From contig CAVHNP010000001.1 in the NCBI GenBank assembly GCA_963637505.1, positions 36,879 through 100,878 on the forward strand: 64,000 nucleotides of DNA, written 5' to 3'. The notes beneath the pieces are model-generated. The model was not told where the DNA came from, searched no databases, and worked only from the letters and a program-made list of their open reading frames with translations. Positions 53,128-62,524 of the stretch are shown here, piece by piece. Numbering within the stretch: position 1 is the stretch's first letter; every line of letters begins with the position of its first letter. Source of the stretch: Prevotella sp. CAG:279. Lineage in GTDB: Bacteria > Bacillota > Clostridia > Lachnospirales > Lachnospiraceae. The translations under genes and the position numbers were made by a program.

Positions 53128-54021
53128 TTATTGTTTATGCTCGTAAGCATATTTGGTCTTCACGGCAAGACCGATGCCTCTTCCGCCGGGACCGGTATGA
53201 CAGCAGACACCCATAGAAAGCTCATCTCCGATCACATCATAACCCGGAAACTCCTTCTCGATCTCCCTGATCCATTCCGCTTCCTCTTCCTTGGTCGCAG
53301 AAACTGCCGACATGAGATAGATCTCTCCGGCTTCCGCGGCGTCTTTGAATCTTCCTTCCAGTTCCTCATGGATCTGGTCAAACATCACCTTCTGTGCCTT
53401 CTTCAGGCTTCTGGCATTCTTCCAGGAATGAAGAACTCCTGTATCCAGCTGCAGGATCGGTTTGATATGAAGGGCTGTTCCCACCGTTGCCTTGGCCTTT
53501 GAAATACGGCCACCTGCTTTGAGGTACTCTAAGGTATCTAAAACAATATAGATTGAGACGTCCTCTGCCGTTGCTTCCAGCATCTCCTGCAACTTCTTCG
53601 CCTCATAGCCTTCCTTGATCAGCTCAATCGTATCTAAGATCGTCACATGCATCGGTGTGGAGGTACGACCGTTATCAACAACGAAGACCCGGTCCAGATA
53701 CTTTTCTTCCTGAGACAGGAGCTTTGCTGTATTGGCAGAACCACTAAGGCCTCTTGAGATCGGGAAATATAGGATCTGCTCATATTCCTCTAAAGCAGCA
53801 TCCCAGAAATCCATCAGTTCTGTCGGCGTTGCCTGAGAGGTTGTGATCTTTGCCCCCTCTGCCTGCAGCTGAAAGAACTCTTCTCTATTGATAGAGATAT
53901 CTTCATAATAGGTTTTGTCATTGATATGATATGGCATGGGCAGAACCCTGATTCCCAATTCCTTTGCCATCTCCTGGCTGATGCTGGAATGTGAATCCGC
54001 CGTAATTCCGATCTTCTTCAT
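53128..54021 (-). CDS. DegV-family fatty-acid-binding protein
   Basis: 297 aa with a full-length DegV-like sequence. Confidence 0.85.
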   Translation of the reverse strand: MKKIGITADSHSSISQEMAKELGIRVLPMPYHINDKTYYEDISINREEFFQLQAEGAKITTSQATPTELMDFWDAALEEYEQILYFPISRGLSGSANTAKLLSQEEKYLDRVFVVDNGRTSTPMHVTILDTIELIKEGYEAKKLQEMLEATAEDVSIYIVLDTLEYLKAGGRISKAKATVGTALHIKPILQLDTGVLHSWKNARSLKKAQKVMFDQIHEELEGRFKDAAEAGEIYLMSAVSATKEEEAEWIREIEKEFPGYDVIGDELSMGVCCHTGPGGRGIGLAVKTKYAYEHKQ

Positions 54022-54186
54022 CCTACGATCCCTCGCTTTGTGAATTTATTAACCTAACTATATTAGCAAAAAAAATTGAGAAAATAAATCCTTTTTTCCT
54101 GCCGCTCCTGTTACATTTTTTTATAAATGTTCCCGGCAAACGCTTTTGCTTTTCTGCTTCAAGCTTCAAAAAATCCGGACCGGCAC

Positions 54187-54759
54187 TTACATAATTTCCG
54201 AAAAAACACCTGCCTCTGTTACCACCTTACGGAAACGATAATCCGTCTCTTCCATGGGAATGTAGTCTTCTATTAAAGCCTCCCGACAGATCATAACCTC
54301 TCCCGTCTCCAGCCCCCTGAAATAACGGTCGTAAAAGCCTGCTCCATGGCCAAGGCGGTTTCCCTTATGATCACAGGCCAGACAGGGAATGACCGCCAGA
54401 TCCTCTTTTCCAAGAAGAAGCGTTTTCGCCGTATGCGGCGGCTCCATGATGTCATAATATCCTCTCTCCAGCTCCCCCAGACTCTTCACGATCTTCGCCT
54501 CCATGATCCCCTTTCCGATACATAAGGGAAGGGCAAGCGTTTTCCCGTCAGATAAAACCTGCTCTAAAAAGGGTCTGGTATCAATCTCAGACTCCATTCC
54601 GGCAAAGGCAAAGACCCGCTTCGCCTTCTTATACTCCGGCAGATCCAGAAGATATTCTATGATTTTCCTGTCTGCTTCTTTTTTATACTTCTCCTCTAAG
54701 GCAGCTGTTTTTTCCCTGATTTTTCTTCTCAGCTCTTTCTTTTCTTCCTTTATGGTCAT
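54187..54759 (-). CDS. 5-formyltetrahydrofolate cyclo-ligase
   Basis: 190 aa with the GHGAGFYDRYF motif. Confidence 0.85.
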   Translation of the reverse strand: MTIKEEKKELRRKIREKTAALEEKYKKEADRKIIEYLLDLPEYKKAKRVFAFAGMESEIDTRPFLEQVLSDGKTLALPLCIGKGIMEAKIVKSLGELERGYYDIMEPPHTAKTLLLGKEDLAVIPCLACDHKGNRLGHGAGFYDRYFRGLETGEVMICREALIEDYIPMEETDYRFRKVVTEAGVFSEIM

Positions 54760-54888
54760 TTTCTCTTCCTTTTTATAAGAAAATCCAATATTTCTTTGTA
54801 TCTTAATTAAAAATATGGTAGGATTTTGTTTGTTGACAATCTATTACATTATATAGAAGAAAACCATATTCCGAAAGGACATAAAATC

Positions 54889-56202
54889 ATGAAAAAGGTA
54901 GTTAAATTCGGCGGAAGCTCTCTTGCTGATGCAAACCAGTTCAAAAAAGTTGCTGCGATCATCCACGCGGACGAGTCCCGCGTCTATGTTGTACCGAGTG
55001 CACCGGGAAAACGTTTCTCCGGCGATACAAAGGTAACAGATATGCTGCTGAAGGCATATGATATCGCTGTGAACGGTGGCGATCTTGATGCTCAGCTGAA
55101 GGCGATCAAGGCCCGCTACGATGAAATCATCAGCGGTCTGGGACTGGATTTTTCTCTCGATAAAGATTTTGAAGAAATCAAAAAGACCCTGGAAGAAGAT
55201 CCCTACCAGGACTATGCTGCTTCCAGAGGCGAATATCTGAACGGCAAGGTTCTTGCCAATTATCTGGGCTTTGAATTTATCGATGCCTATGAAGTCATCT
55301 TCTTCAATGAAGAAGGAAATGCCAACCTCTATAAGACACAGAAGGTGCTTGGCAAACGTCTTGAGACTATGCCGAATGCCGTTATCCCCGGCTTCTATGG
55401 CTGCGGAAAGGACATGAAGATCAAGACCTTCTCCAGAGGTGGTTCTGATGTAACCGGTTCCATCGTTGCTGCTTCCACCAGAGCAGAGACCTATGAGAAC
55501 TGGACCGATGTTTCCGGCTTCATGCTTACAGATCCGAGAGTCATCAAGGATCCTGTTACCATCGATACCATCACCTACAGAGAACTTCGAGAGCTCTCTT
55601 ACATGGGTGCTTCCGTTCTTCACGAGGATGCTATCTTCCCTATTCGTGCAAAGGGTATTCCAATCAATATCCGCAATACCAACGATCCGGAAGCAGATGG
55701 TACCTGGATCGTAGAAAGTACAGCCAAAAAACCGACCAATACCATTACCGGTATTGCCGGCAAGAAGGGCTTCTGTACCATTCTGGTAACCAAGGCAATG
55801 ATGAATTCCGAGATTGGCTTCTGCCGCAAGGTTCTTCAGGCCTTTGAAGAATACGGCATTTCCATCGAGCATATGCCCTCCGGTATCGATACCATGACCG
55901 TTGTTGTTCATGAGGATGAGTTCATGTGCAAGGAGCAGAAGGTCGTTTCTGCCATCCACCGCAATGCTCAGCCGGATTCCGTAGAGATCGAATCCGGCCT
56001 TTCCCTGATCGCCGTTGTAGGCCGCGGCATGAAGTCTACCAGAGGCACTGCTGCGAGGATCTTTACCGCTCTTGAGAGAGTCGGCATCAACATCCGCATG
56101 ATCGACCAGGGTTCTTCTGAACTCAATATCATTGTCGGTGTGGATGACAGCGATTTCGAGAGAGCCAGCCAGGCGATCTATGATGCTTTTATCACGAAAT
56201 AA
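54889..56202 (+). CDS. Aspartate kinase
   Basis: Start at MKKVVKFGGSSLA. A kinase domain and C-terminal ACT domains are present. Confidence 0.85.
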   Translation: MKKVVKFGGSSLADANQFKKVAAIIHADESRVYVVPSAPGKRFSGDTKVTDMLLKAYDIAVNGGDLDAQLKAIKARYDEIISGLGLDFSLDKDFEEIKKTLEEDPYQDYAASRGEYLNGKVLANYLGFEFIDAYEVIFFNEEGNANLYKTQKVLGKRLETMPNAVIPGFYGCGKDMKIKTFSRGGSDVTGSIVAASTRAETYENWTDVSGFMLTDPRVIKDPVTIDTITYRELRELSYMGASVLHEDAIFPIRAKGIPINIRNTNDPEADGTWIVESTAKKPTNTITGIAGKKGFCTILVTKAMMNSEIGFCRKVLQAFEEYGISIEHMPSGIDTMTVVVHEDEFMCKEQKVVSAIHRNAQPDSVEIESGLSLIAVVGRGMKSTRGTAARIFTALERVGINIRMIDQGSSELNIIVGVDDSDFERASQAIYDAFITK

Positions 56203-56270
56203 GGCTTGGGGCTTCGCATTTTGAGAAGAGCTAAACAACTTAGTTAACTCACATAAACCAATATGAAAAA

Positions 56271-56417
56271 GACGAGAATGATTCTGTCGGATCTAAAACA
56301 CGCTCCCGCTCGGGGAAAAACCCAGCAGATGCTAAGCTCGAGGCGCATGTTCCATGCCCCTCTTGCTAAGCACTGGGGTTTTTCAACGGTTTTTGATCCT
56401 GGACAGAACATCTCGTC
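56271..56417 (+). repeat. Long-hairpin intergenic repeat, copy C (147 nt)
   Basis: Bounded by gacgaga...tctcgtc. It lies between the convergent aspartate kinase and sbcC genes. Confidence 0.85.
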
Positions 56418-56488
56418 TTTTGCTTTACTTTTGCAAGATAGCAAAAGCTCCGGCTGAGTATTTCTGTTAAAAATTCAGACACTCGCTC

Positions 56489-59400
56489 TCACATGCCCAG
56501 CTCCACGCTGAGCGAGCTCCCCTCTCTCGTCTTCTTCACCCGAATCTGCTGGGGAATATTCTCCGTCAGCTCCTCCCGGTGGCTGATAATGCCAACCAGC
56601 TTACTGCTTCCGGACAGATTGATCAGGATATCCATGGCACCCTCTATGGATTTGCGATCCAGGGTACCAAAGCCCTCATCAATGAAAAGGGCATCCATCT
56701 GGATTCCGCCAAGATTAGAAGAAATGGTATCCGACAGACCAAGAGCCAGGCTCAAGGAAGCCTTAAAGCTCTCCCCTCCGGAGAGATTGCCCACCGGTCT
56801 TCTGTGGCCGGTATAATGATCCAGCACCTCAAGATCCAGGAAGTTACTGCTTTGTTTTCCAAGTAGATTCTCCTGTCGGTAAAGCTCATACTGCCCCTCA
56901 CTCATGGGAAGCAGCCGTCTGTTTGCCGCCGCAATGATCCCATCAAAGCCGGCTGCCTGAATATACTGCTCTAAGGTAATCTTTCCGTTTCCGGTCGTAC
57001 CCCTCACTAACTTATAGAGCCTGCTTGAAATCTCGTATTCCTTTGCTGACTTTTCCAGTTCCGGTGCCTGAGCTGTAATCTTTTCCTTCTTATCTGTATT
57101 GATCTGCAGACGGTTTTTGATCCTGTTGACCTCTTCTCTTTTGCCTTTGAGGACGAGCTGTCCCTGCTCGCAGCTTTCCTGCAGCTCTTCCAGATTGACG
57201 CGTATCTTTCCCTTGGTATTATTTTCCGCATCTTCCAGCTGCTTTTTGTTTACGAGTACAGCCTGTTTGTAAGCATTGATTCCTTCCTCTGCTTCGGAAA
57301 GCGCCTGCTCGGAAAGAAGAAATCCCTTAAGCTCCTCTTCTGAGACAAAGCCCTGCTTTTCCATGACAGAGTCCAGTTTCTCTTTTTCCGCCTTTTCCTC
57401 TGCCCGAGCCTCTTCCAGAAAACTCTTTCTGGTTTTTACAGAAGCCTTCACGGAAGCAAGAGCCTCATCTGCCGCCTTTTTCTCCTCCTCTCTTTTTTCC
57501 AGAAGGGCAAGGATCTGCTTTGCCTTCTTCTCTGCCTTGCTGCTTTCTGCCGCAGCCTTTTGCCAGCTGTCAAAGCCTAGGCCCGTCAGAGTCTTAAGCA
57601 CAGCCTCTTTCTCGGCTAGTTTTGTCAGACTTTCCTGCTTTCGAACAGTAAAGTCCTCCTTTTCCTTAGCGAGGCTCTCTCGTTCTGCTCCTCTGGCCTT
57701 TTCCAGATCTCTTTCTGCCTTCTCGAGAGCCACCTTCTCCCGGATCAGAAATTTCTCCTCGTTTTTCTTTTTCCCTAAATACTCTTCTAAAAGCGCTTTA
57801 TCCTCCGCCAAAGTCAAAAACAAAGAATCCAGGTCCTTCTTCGCCAACTCTGCGCTCGCAAGCCGCTCTACTTTCTCCGCTGAATTCGTACTCTCAAGTT
57901 TCTCTGCTTTCTCCGTTGAATCCGCGCTCGCAAGCTGCTCTGTCCTCTCCACTGCCCTCGAATACGCAAACTGCTCCGTATCCTTCTCCGCCAGCTTAGC
58001 ATATGCAAACGGTTCTTTTTTTCCCCAAGTACTTTCCTTCATGCAGGACAGAACCTGCTCCAGAAGCTGCTCCTCATATTGCATAAGGGCAGTTTTTGCC
58101 CTGATTGCCTGTGTATTAGCCTCTGTCTTTTTTTTCTGCAGCTGCTCTTCCTTCTCCTTTAATTTTTGAAAAGCTTCCTCGCTGACAGCTTCCCCCGGCA
58201 TAGTAGCCAGCTCCGGGTGATGGAGGGAGCCACAGACCGGGCATTTCATGCCCTCTTCCAAGCCTTCTGCCAGAATACCGGCCCGGCAATTATCCAGGAT
58301 TCTCTCTGCCCGAAGTTTCTCCTGACTGGCCGCTTCATAGGCATCAAAAGCTCTGCGATAGACTTTTTGTCTGTCAGCCAGCTCCTTCTCTTTTTCCTGC
58401 CGGATCCTTGCCTTGCTGACCAGGAGCTCCTTCATCTCCTTCTGCAGCCGCTCCAGCTTCTCCTTTTCTGCCAAAAGCCGGCTCAGCTGCTCCGGCAGAT
58501 CCTTTCGACTCCTTTGAAACACCTCCAGGCTCTTGATCTTCTCCTGTAAAGCCCTTTCTTTCTCCTCAAGAGACTTTTCTTCTTCTGCAAAGCCTTCGGT
58601 GCTTTTTCTTAAAGCACTCACTTCCGCTGACAGCTGGTCTCTTTGCTGATACTTAGGTTCTTCTTCCCGGATATGGTCTGCACGTTTTTGCTGGCTCTCT
58701 GCCTCCGGTCTTGCCTCTTCGGACTCTGTCAGAGCCCTTCCGGCTTCCTTCGCCTTTTTGTCGGCATTTTCCGCCTTTTTCTCCTCTTCTTTTAGTTTTC
58801 CCTCTTCTTCTCTAACCGCCTGAGCCTTTGTCAGATAGGAGAGACGGATGGGATTCAGCTCCCTGCTTGCCAGCTTCTGTCTGCCTAGCAGTTTTTCCCT
58901 CTCAGCAACTTCTTCCTTTTTTTCCTCCAGCTCTTTTTCCTTCGCTTTCAGTTCCTCAAGACGGTGAAAAAGCTGATTCACGCTCTCTCCTCTGGCAAGC
59001 TCTCCTTCTAACTTTTTCTGTCCTTCTTCGGCAGTCTCCAGCTCCGCAGAAGCCTTCTCCAGCTTCTCCTCCTCTGTTCGGATCAGATCACCGATCAGGC
59101 TCAGGATTTCTTCCAGATTCCAAAGGCTCTTTGTCTCCCCGGCCTGCTCCTGCAGCTCTGCCAGCTGCTCCGCCAGTTCTCCTTCCGGATCTGCCTCTAT
59201 ATCATCAAAATACTGGAGAATGCTGGCCTCGCTTCTTTCCTTCCGCTTGCCTCCGGCATCCATCCTTTCCTTTAGCTTAAATTCTATGCTGTTATAGCCG
59301 CCGGTCTGAAAAATGGTCCGTAAGATCTTGGTTCTTTCCTCCGTCGAGGCATTCAAAAGACTGCGAAATTCTCCCTGGGCGATCATAACGATCTGCTTAA

Positions 59401-59836
59401 ACTGCTTCTCATCGATGTGGAGCAGCTCTTTTATTGCATTGTTGACATCCTTCAGTCCTTCAATCGGTGCTTCCTGTCCCGGATAAAGGCTGGCCTTTTC
59501 ACTGACCGTGATAGTTCCGCTTCCCCTCTGCTTTTTTCTCTCATAGGAGGGGCTTCTTCGAATATGATAGTCCCGTCCCTGATGACTGAAATAAAAATCC
59601 ACAAAGGTCTCACGGCTTTCCTTTGCATACTCACTGCGCAAATTCTTTGTATCCCGGTAGGAACCGCTGGTCTTCCCATATAAGGCAAAGCAGATCGCAT
59701 CAAAAAGAGTCGTCTTTCCGGCACCGGTATCTCCGGAGATCAGGAAAAGACCTCTTTCTTCAAATTTCGTAAAATCAACCGTCACTTCGTCCGCATAAGG
59801 CCCGAATGCACTCATGATCAATTTAATCGGCTTCAT
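56489..59836 (-). CDS. sbcC: SbcC (Rad50-like) exonuclease ATPase subunit
   Basis: Walker A GDTGAGKTT, zinc hook CPVCGS, LSGGESF, LFIDEGFG and a long coiled coil. Confidence 0.9.
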   Translation of the reverse strand: MKPIKLIMSAFGPYADEVTVDFTKFEERGLFLISGDTGAGKTTLFDAICFALYGKTSGSYRDTKNLRSEYAKESRETFVDFYFSHQGRDYHIRRSPSYERKKQRGSGTITVSEKASLYPGQEAPIEGLKDVNNAIKELLHIDEKQFKQIVMIAQGEFRSLLNASTEERTKILRTIFQTGGYNSIEFKLKERMDAGGKRKERSEASILQYFDDIEADPEGELAEQLAELQEQAGETKSLWNLEEILSLIGDLIRTEEEKLEKASAELETAEEGQKKLEGELARGESVNQLFHRLEELKAKEKELEEKKEEVAEREKLLGRQKLASRELNPIRLSYLTKAQAVREEEGKLKEEEKKAENADKKAKEAGRALTESEEARPEAESQQKRADHIREEEPKYQQRDQLSAEVSALRKSTEGFAEEEKSLEEKERALQEKIKSLEVFQRSRKDLPEQLSRLLAEKEKLERLQKEMKELLVSKARIRQEKEKELADRQKVYRRAFDAYEAASQEKLRAERILDNCRAGILAEGLEEGMKCPVCGSLHHPELATMPGEAVSEEAFQKLKEKEEQLQKKKTEANTQAIRAKTALMQYEEQLLEQVLSCMKESTWGKKEPFAYAKLAEKDTEQFAYSRAVERTEQLASADSTEKAEKLESTNSAEKVERLASAELAKKDLDSLFLTLAEDKALLEEYLGKKKNEEKFLIREKVALEKAERDLEKARGAERESLAKEKEDFTVRKQESLTKLAEKEAVLKTLTGLGFDSWQKAAAESSKAEKKAKQILALLEKREEEKKAADEALASVKASVKTRKSFLEEARAEEKAEKEKLDSVMEKQGFVSEEELKGFLLSEQALSEAEEGINAYKQAVLVNKKQLEDAENNTKGKIRVNLEELQESCEQGQLVLKGKREEVNRIKNRLQINTDKKEKITAQAPELEKSAKEYEISSRLYKLVRGTTGNGKITLEQYIQAAGFDGIIAAANRRLLPMSEGQYELYRQENLLGKQSSNFLDLEVLDHYTGHRRPVGNLSGGESFKASLSLALGLSDTISSNLGGIQMDALFIDEGFGTLDRKSIEGAMDILINLSGSSKLVGIISHREELTENIPQQIRVKKTREGSSLSVELGM
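57852..57959. repeat. 3 x 36-nt imperfect tandem repeat inside the sbcC coiled coil
   Basis: The units begin at 57852, 57888 and 57924. They encode EQLASADSTEKA / EKLESTNSAEKV / ERLASAELAKKD. Confidence 0.6.
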
Positions 59837-60968
59837 GTAATACCCCCGCCTCTCTTGCCGCCTCTCTCATGACATCCATTTCCTCTTCCCCGATCTCCGT
59901 GCCGTAGATCTGTCTGTAGAAATCCGCGATCAGCTCCTCAAAAGATCTATTTTCCGCAATCTGGGAAATATCCACCTGCTCAATCTGTCTGGTTCTGGAG
60001 TTGTCATAGTCAATCTTGACCGTATTAGGATAGGTCTGCTGAAAAATGCCCATGGCATCATTGATGATCTCCTCATCCGTCAGCGTTGCATAGATAAAAT
60101 CCTCTGTATTCCTTACATTGGCAGGATCCAGAAGTTCTTTCAGCTTACCCCGGATATGTCTCAGATCCCGCATGGGCTTTATGGGAAGAAGCTCAATCTC
60201 TATTTCACCCTTTTCCTCAATCGTGATCAGGGGAAGGGATTTTTCATTATTTACCTCACTGAGAGAATATTTTAAAGGCGAACCGGAATATCTGACCTCT
60301 CTCCGACCGACCTGCTGGGGAGAATGAATATGCCCCAAGGCCACATAGTCAAAGGCATCAAAGCAGTCATAGCCGATCTTCTCCACCAATCCCACGCTTA
60401 CCGTACCTAGGCTCTCCGAACCGCTTAAGGTCGGATCCTCGCTCTTTCCTGTTACAAACTGATGAGCAAGAAGTATATTTGTCCTAGAGAGATCTATTTT
60501 CTCTTTCTCCAGAATGGCTCTTACCGCATCCTCATAGGATTCGATCTTTGCCTCCGGCAGATAATGCCTTACCTGAGAAGCCTTGACAAAGGGCAGAAGA
60601 TAAAGATCTGCCTCTTCCTCCCTCCTTTTATAAAGTTCTCCCTCGTATTTACTGGCAATAAAGATCCCATTTGTCTCAAAAAGGCTACTGCCGTAGTTCA
60701 GTCTTTCATCCGAATCATGATTTCCGCTTATGATATAAACGAAGATTCCCTTCTCTGCCAAACGGCTCAGAAAAGAATCCAGCAATCTCGTTGCCGCCTC
60801 ACTGGGCACCGCCTTATCATAAAGGTCCCCTGCGATCAAAAGGGCATCTACCTTTTTCTCCTCAATGATCCCCAGGATCTGCTCCAGCAAATAGGCCTGA
60901 TCCTCGATCAGATCGAAATCTCCCAATGATTTGCCCAGATGCAGATCACTCATGTGTAAGAGTTTCAT
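59823..60968 (-). CDS. sbcD: SbcD (Mre11-like) exonuclease subunit
   Basis: Start at MKLLHMSDLHLG. Metallophosphatase motifs (GDLYD, GNHD) are present. Confidence 0.9.
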   Translation of the reverse strand: MKLLHMSDLHLGKSLGDFDLIEDQAYLLEQILGIIEEKKVDALLIAGDLYDKAVPSEAATRLLDSFLSRLAEKGIFVYIISGNHDSDERLNYGSSLFETNGIFIASKYEGELYKRREEEADLYLLPFVKASQVRHYLPEAKIESYEDAVRAILEKEKIDLSRTNILLAHQFVTGKSEDPTLSGSESLGTVSVGLVEKIGYDCFDAFDYVALGHIHSPQQVGRREVRYSGSPLKYSLSEVNNEKSLPLITIEEKGEIEIELLPIKPMRDLRHIRGKLKELLDPANVRNTEDFIYATLTDEEIINDAMGIFQQTYPNTVKIDYDNSRTRQIEQVDISQIAENRSFEELIADFYRQIYGTEIGEEEMDVMREAAREAGVLHEAD

Positions 60969-61146
60969 TCTCTTCCTTTCCTCCTTCAACAGGCGCTTCC
61001 CTTTTCACTTTGTTTACAGCCACGCCAAGTAAACTACCCACAATAATACTATGATATTCCGACTTCCTGTAAAAATCGAGGCTTTTTCTTCCGATTTTTA
61101 CACTAAACTACACGAACATTTTTGGATTTTTCACACTAAATGACAG

Positions 61147-61178
61147 GAAAAGGGCAGGAGACCTTTTCATCTCCTGCC
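61147..61178 (-). terminator. Terminator after the Rpn-type gene
   Basis: 10-bp perfect stem gggcaggaga / tctcctgccc, with TTTT following on the minus strand. Confidence 0.65.
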
Positions 61179-61233
61179 CCTCTTTGCTATTTTTCAGTTA
61201 CTACCCTTCGATCTTACACGATCTACCTGCCGG

Positions 61234-62213
61234 CTATACAAGCAAAAATTCTTTCTCTTTTATGATCTTTTCAATTTCTTCCGTACTCTTTTTTGTTGCC
61301 AAGGCGATCTGCTCTAAAGAGAACTTATTTTCATACATGTTCAGAATGATATTCTCTGTCGTTTTTTCTGTTGCTCTTTCTTCGATTCCTGTACTCAGAT
61401 TACACATAATTCTCACGTCCTCTCTGAACTCATTGTTGATTGGGATATTATATTCCTGTTCTATGATTTCTAACTTTTCCTCTTCTTTCAGATCACTGGA
61501 AAGCAAGGTTCCTATCAAACGATGCATCTCATAAGCTTTCTCCTGTTCCGGTATCTCATTCGTAATTCCAATCATTACGATATTCAGCAAATCCAGATTG
61601 CCCTTCCAGTCATAGGGCGTCAGCATCTCATCCTTGGTAAGATGAATGTGACTTAAACTGTTACAATCCATATTCATACAGATCCAGATGCTGAATACCT
61701 GTTTGATATCATCATAATTTGAATTCACGAAGTCTCTTTCTTTTTGCGACGAAACAAATCTGCTCACATAAAAAATAGCTCTGTTTAATATTTTATATGC
61801 AGATGGCTCATCCTTCTGGCACTCTATGTTCACGATGATCTGTGACAATCCATTTTTCATGCGTACGTAGAAAATGATATCAAACCGTATCAAGCCCTCA
61901 TTTATTTCGGCACTTTCCGTATTGAAGCCAATGATTCTTTCTCCTGCCTTATTCGCTTGCCCTGTATTGGTCAGTCCCGGTTCTATCGGATGACTCCTAC
62001 CTGCGGTTCTCCCTCGATATATTGCACCACATTTTCTGGCTTCATTCCTTTAAATTCATCAACTGTCTTGACTAGAATGTGTGCCAGTATCATTTTCTGT
62101 GCCAATAATCTTTTTACACGTGCATCATACTGTGCCTTGTCTCCCGCTGCGTTTACGGCATTTGCTATTTCAGTATTCATCCAGTAGACCTCCTTTTGTG
62201 TTGCATATAGCAT
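61234..62213 (-). pseudogene. PD-(D/E)XK nuclease family transposase / Rpn-type protein, interrupted by a frameshift near 61980-61990
   Basis: The 76-aa ORF (61983..62213) and the 219-aa ORF (61234..61893) are two parts of one protein. The downstream frame stays open back to ...PGLTNTGQANKAGERIIGFNTESAEINEGL, immediately after the upstream stop. Confidence 0.65.
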
Positions 62214-62377
62214 TTTTGCTCACAGCTGTGAAACTTCTTATCTGTAACTTTCTTTCAATGCATTACAACAAAAAAGAATCTCTACTCTACTATTATAATA
62301 ATCAAGGCCCTCCTTTGAATCAACCGAATTTTCCATCATACAGAAAGAGATCCTATATCCTTAAAGATCGAATAAAA

Positions 62378-62411
62378 GGCTGAGAATGATCCTGGGCAGA
62401 ACATCTCAGCC
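62378..62411. repeat. Short (34-nt) derivative of the long-hairpin repeat
   Basis: ggctgagaatgat + cctgggcagaacatctcagcc, i.e. the outer 5' and 3' ends of copy B joined at a shared GAT. It is followed by tttt. Confidence 0.7.
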
Positions 62412-62451
62412 TTTTGTGGCATTGCCATCCATAATTTTATCGTATAGAAAT

Positions 62452-62483
62452 CCCGATAAAGGGCATCCCCTCCGGGATGCCCT
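62452..62483 (-). terminator. Terminator after the small surface-protein gene
   Basis: agggcatccc-ctcc-gggatgccct stem, U-rich afterwards on the minus strand. Confidence 0.55.
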
Positions 62484-62524
62484 CCATCATCTTCAGTATC
62501 TCTACTGTCTCTTACTTTTGTTTC

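Noticed and set aside
52834-53502. 222-aa plus-strand ORF spanning the small-peptide locus and the degV 3' end.
   Set aside because: It runs antisense to degV and to the 49-codon ORF, has no RBS, and shows no motif.
54760-54888. Possible lysine riboswitch (L-box) upstream of aspartate kinase.
   Set aside because: The spacer is ~130 nt, AT-rich, and has no multi-helix structure or L-box conserved segments.
54844-56238. 464-aa ORF antisense to aspartate kinase.
   Set aside because: It completely overlaps a well-supported gene on the other strand, has no RBS, and shows a low-complexity composition typical of shadow ORFs.
57276-58549. 297-aa Ser-rich and 127-aa plus-strand ORFs inside sbcC.
   Set aside because: They are the antisense of the Glu/Lys-rich coiled coil (GAA/AAG codons read as TTC/CTT), a compositional artefact.
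61092-61144. Two ~20-nt direct repeats (gatttttacactaaactaca / gatttttcacactaaatgaca) upstream of sbcD.
   Set aside because: There are only two imperfect AT-rich copies, no dyad symmetry, and no link to a regulator. Noted only.
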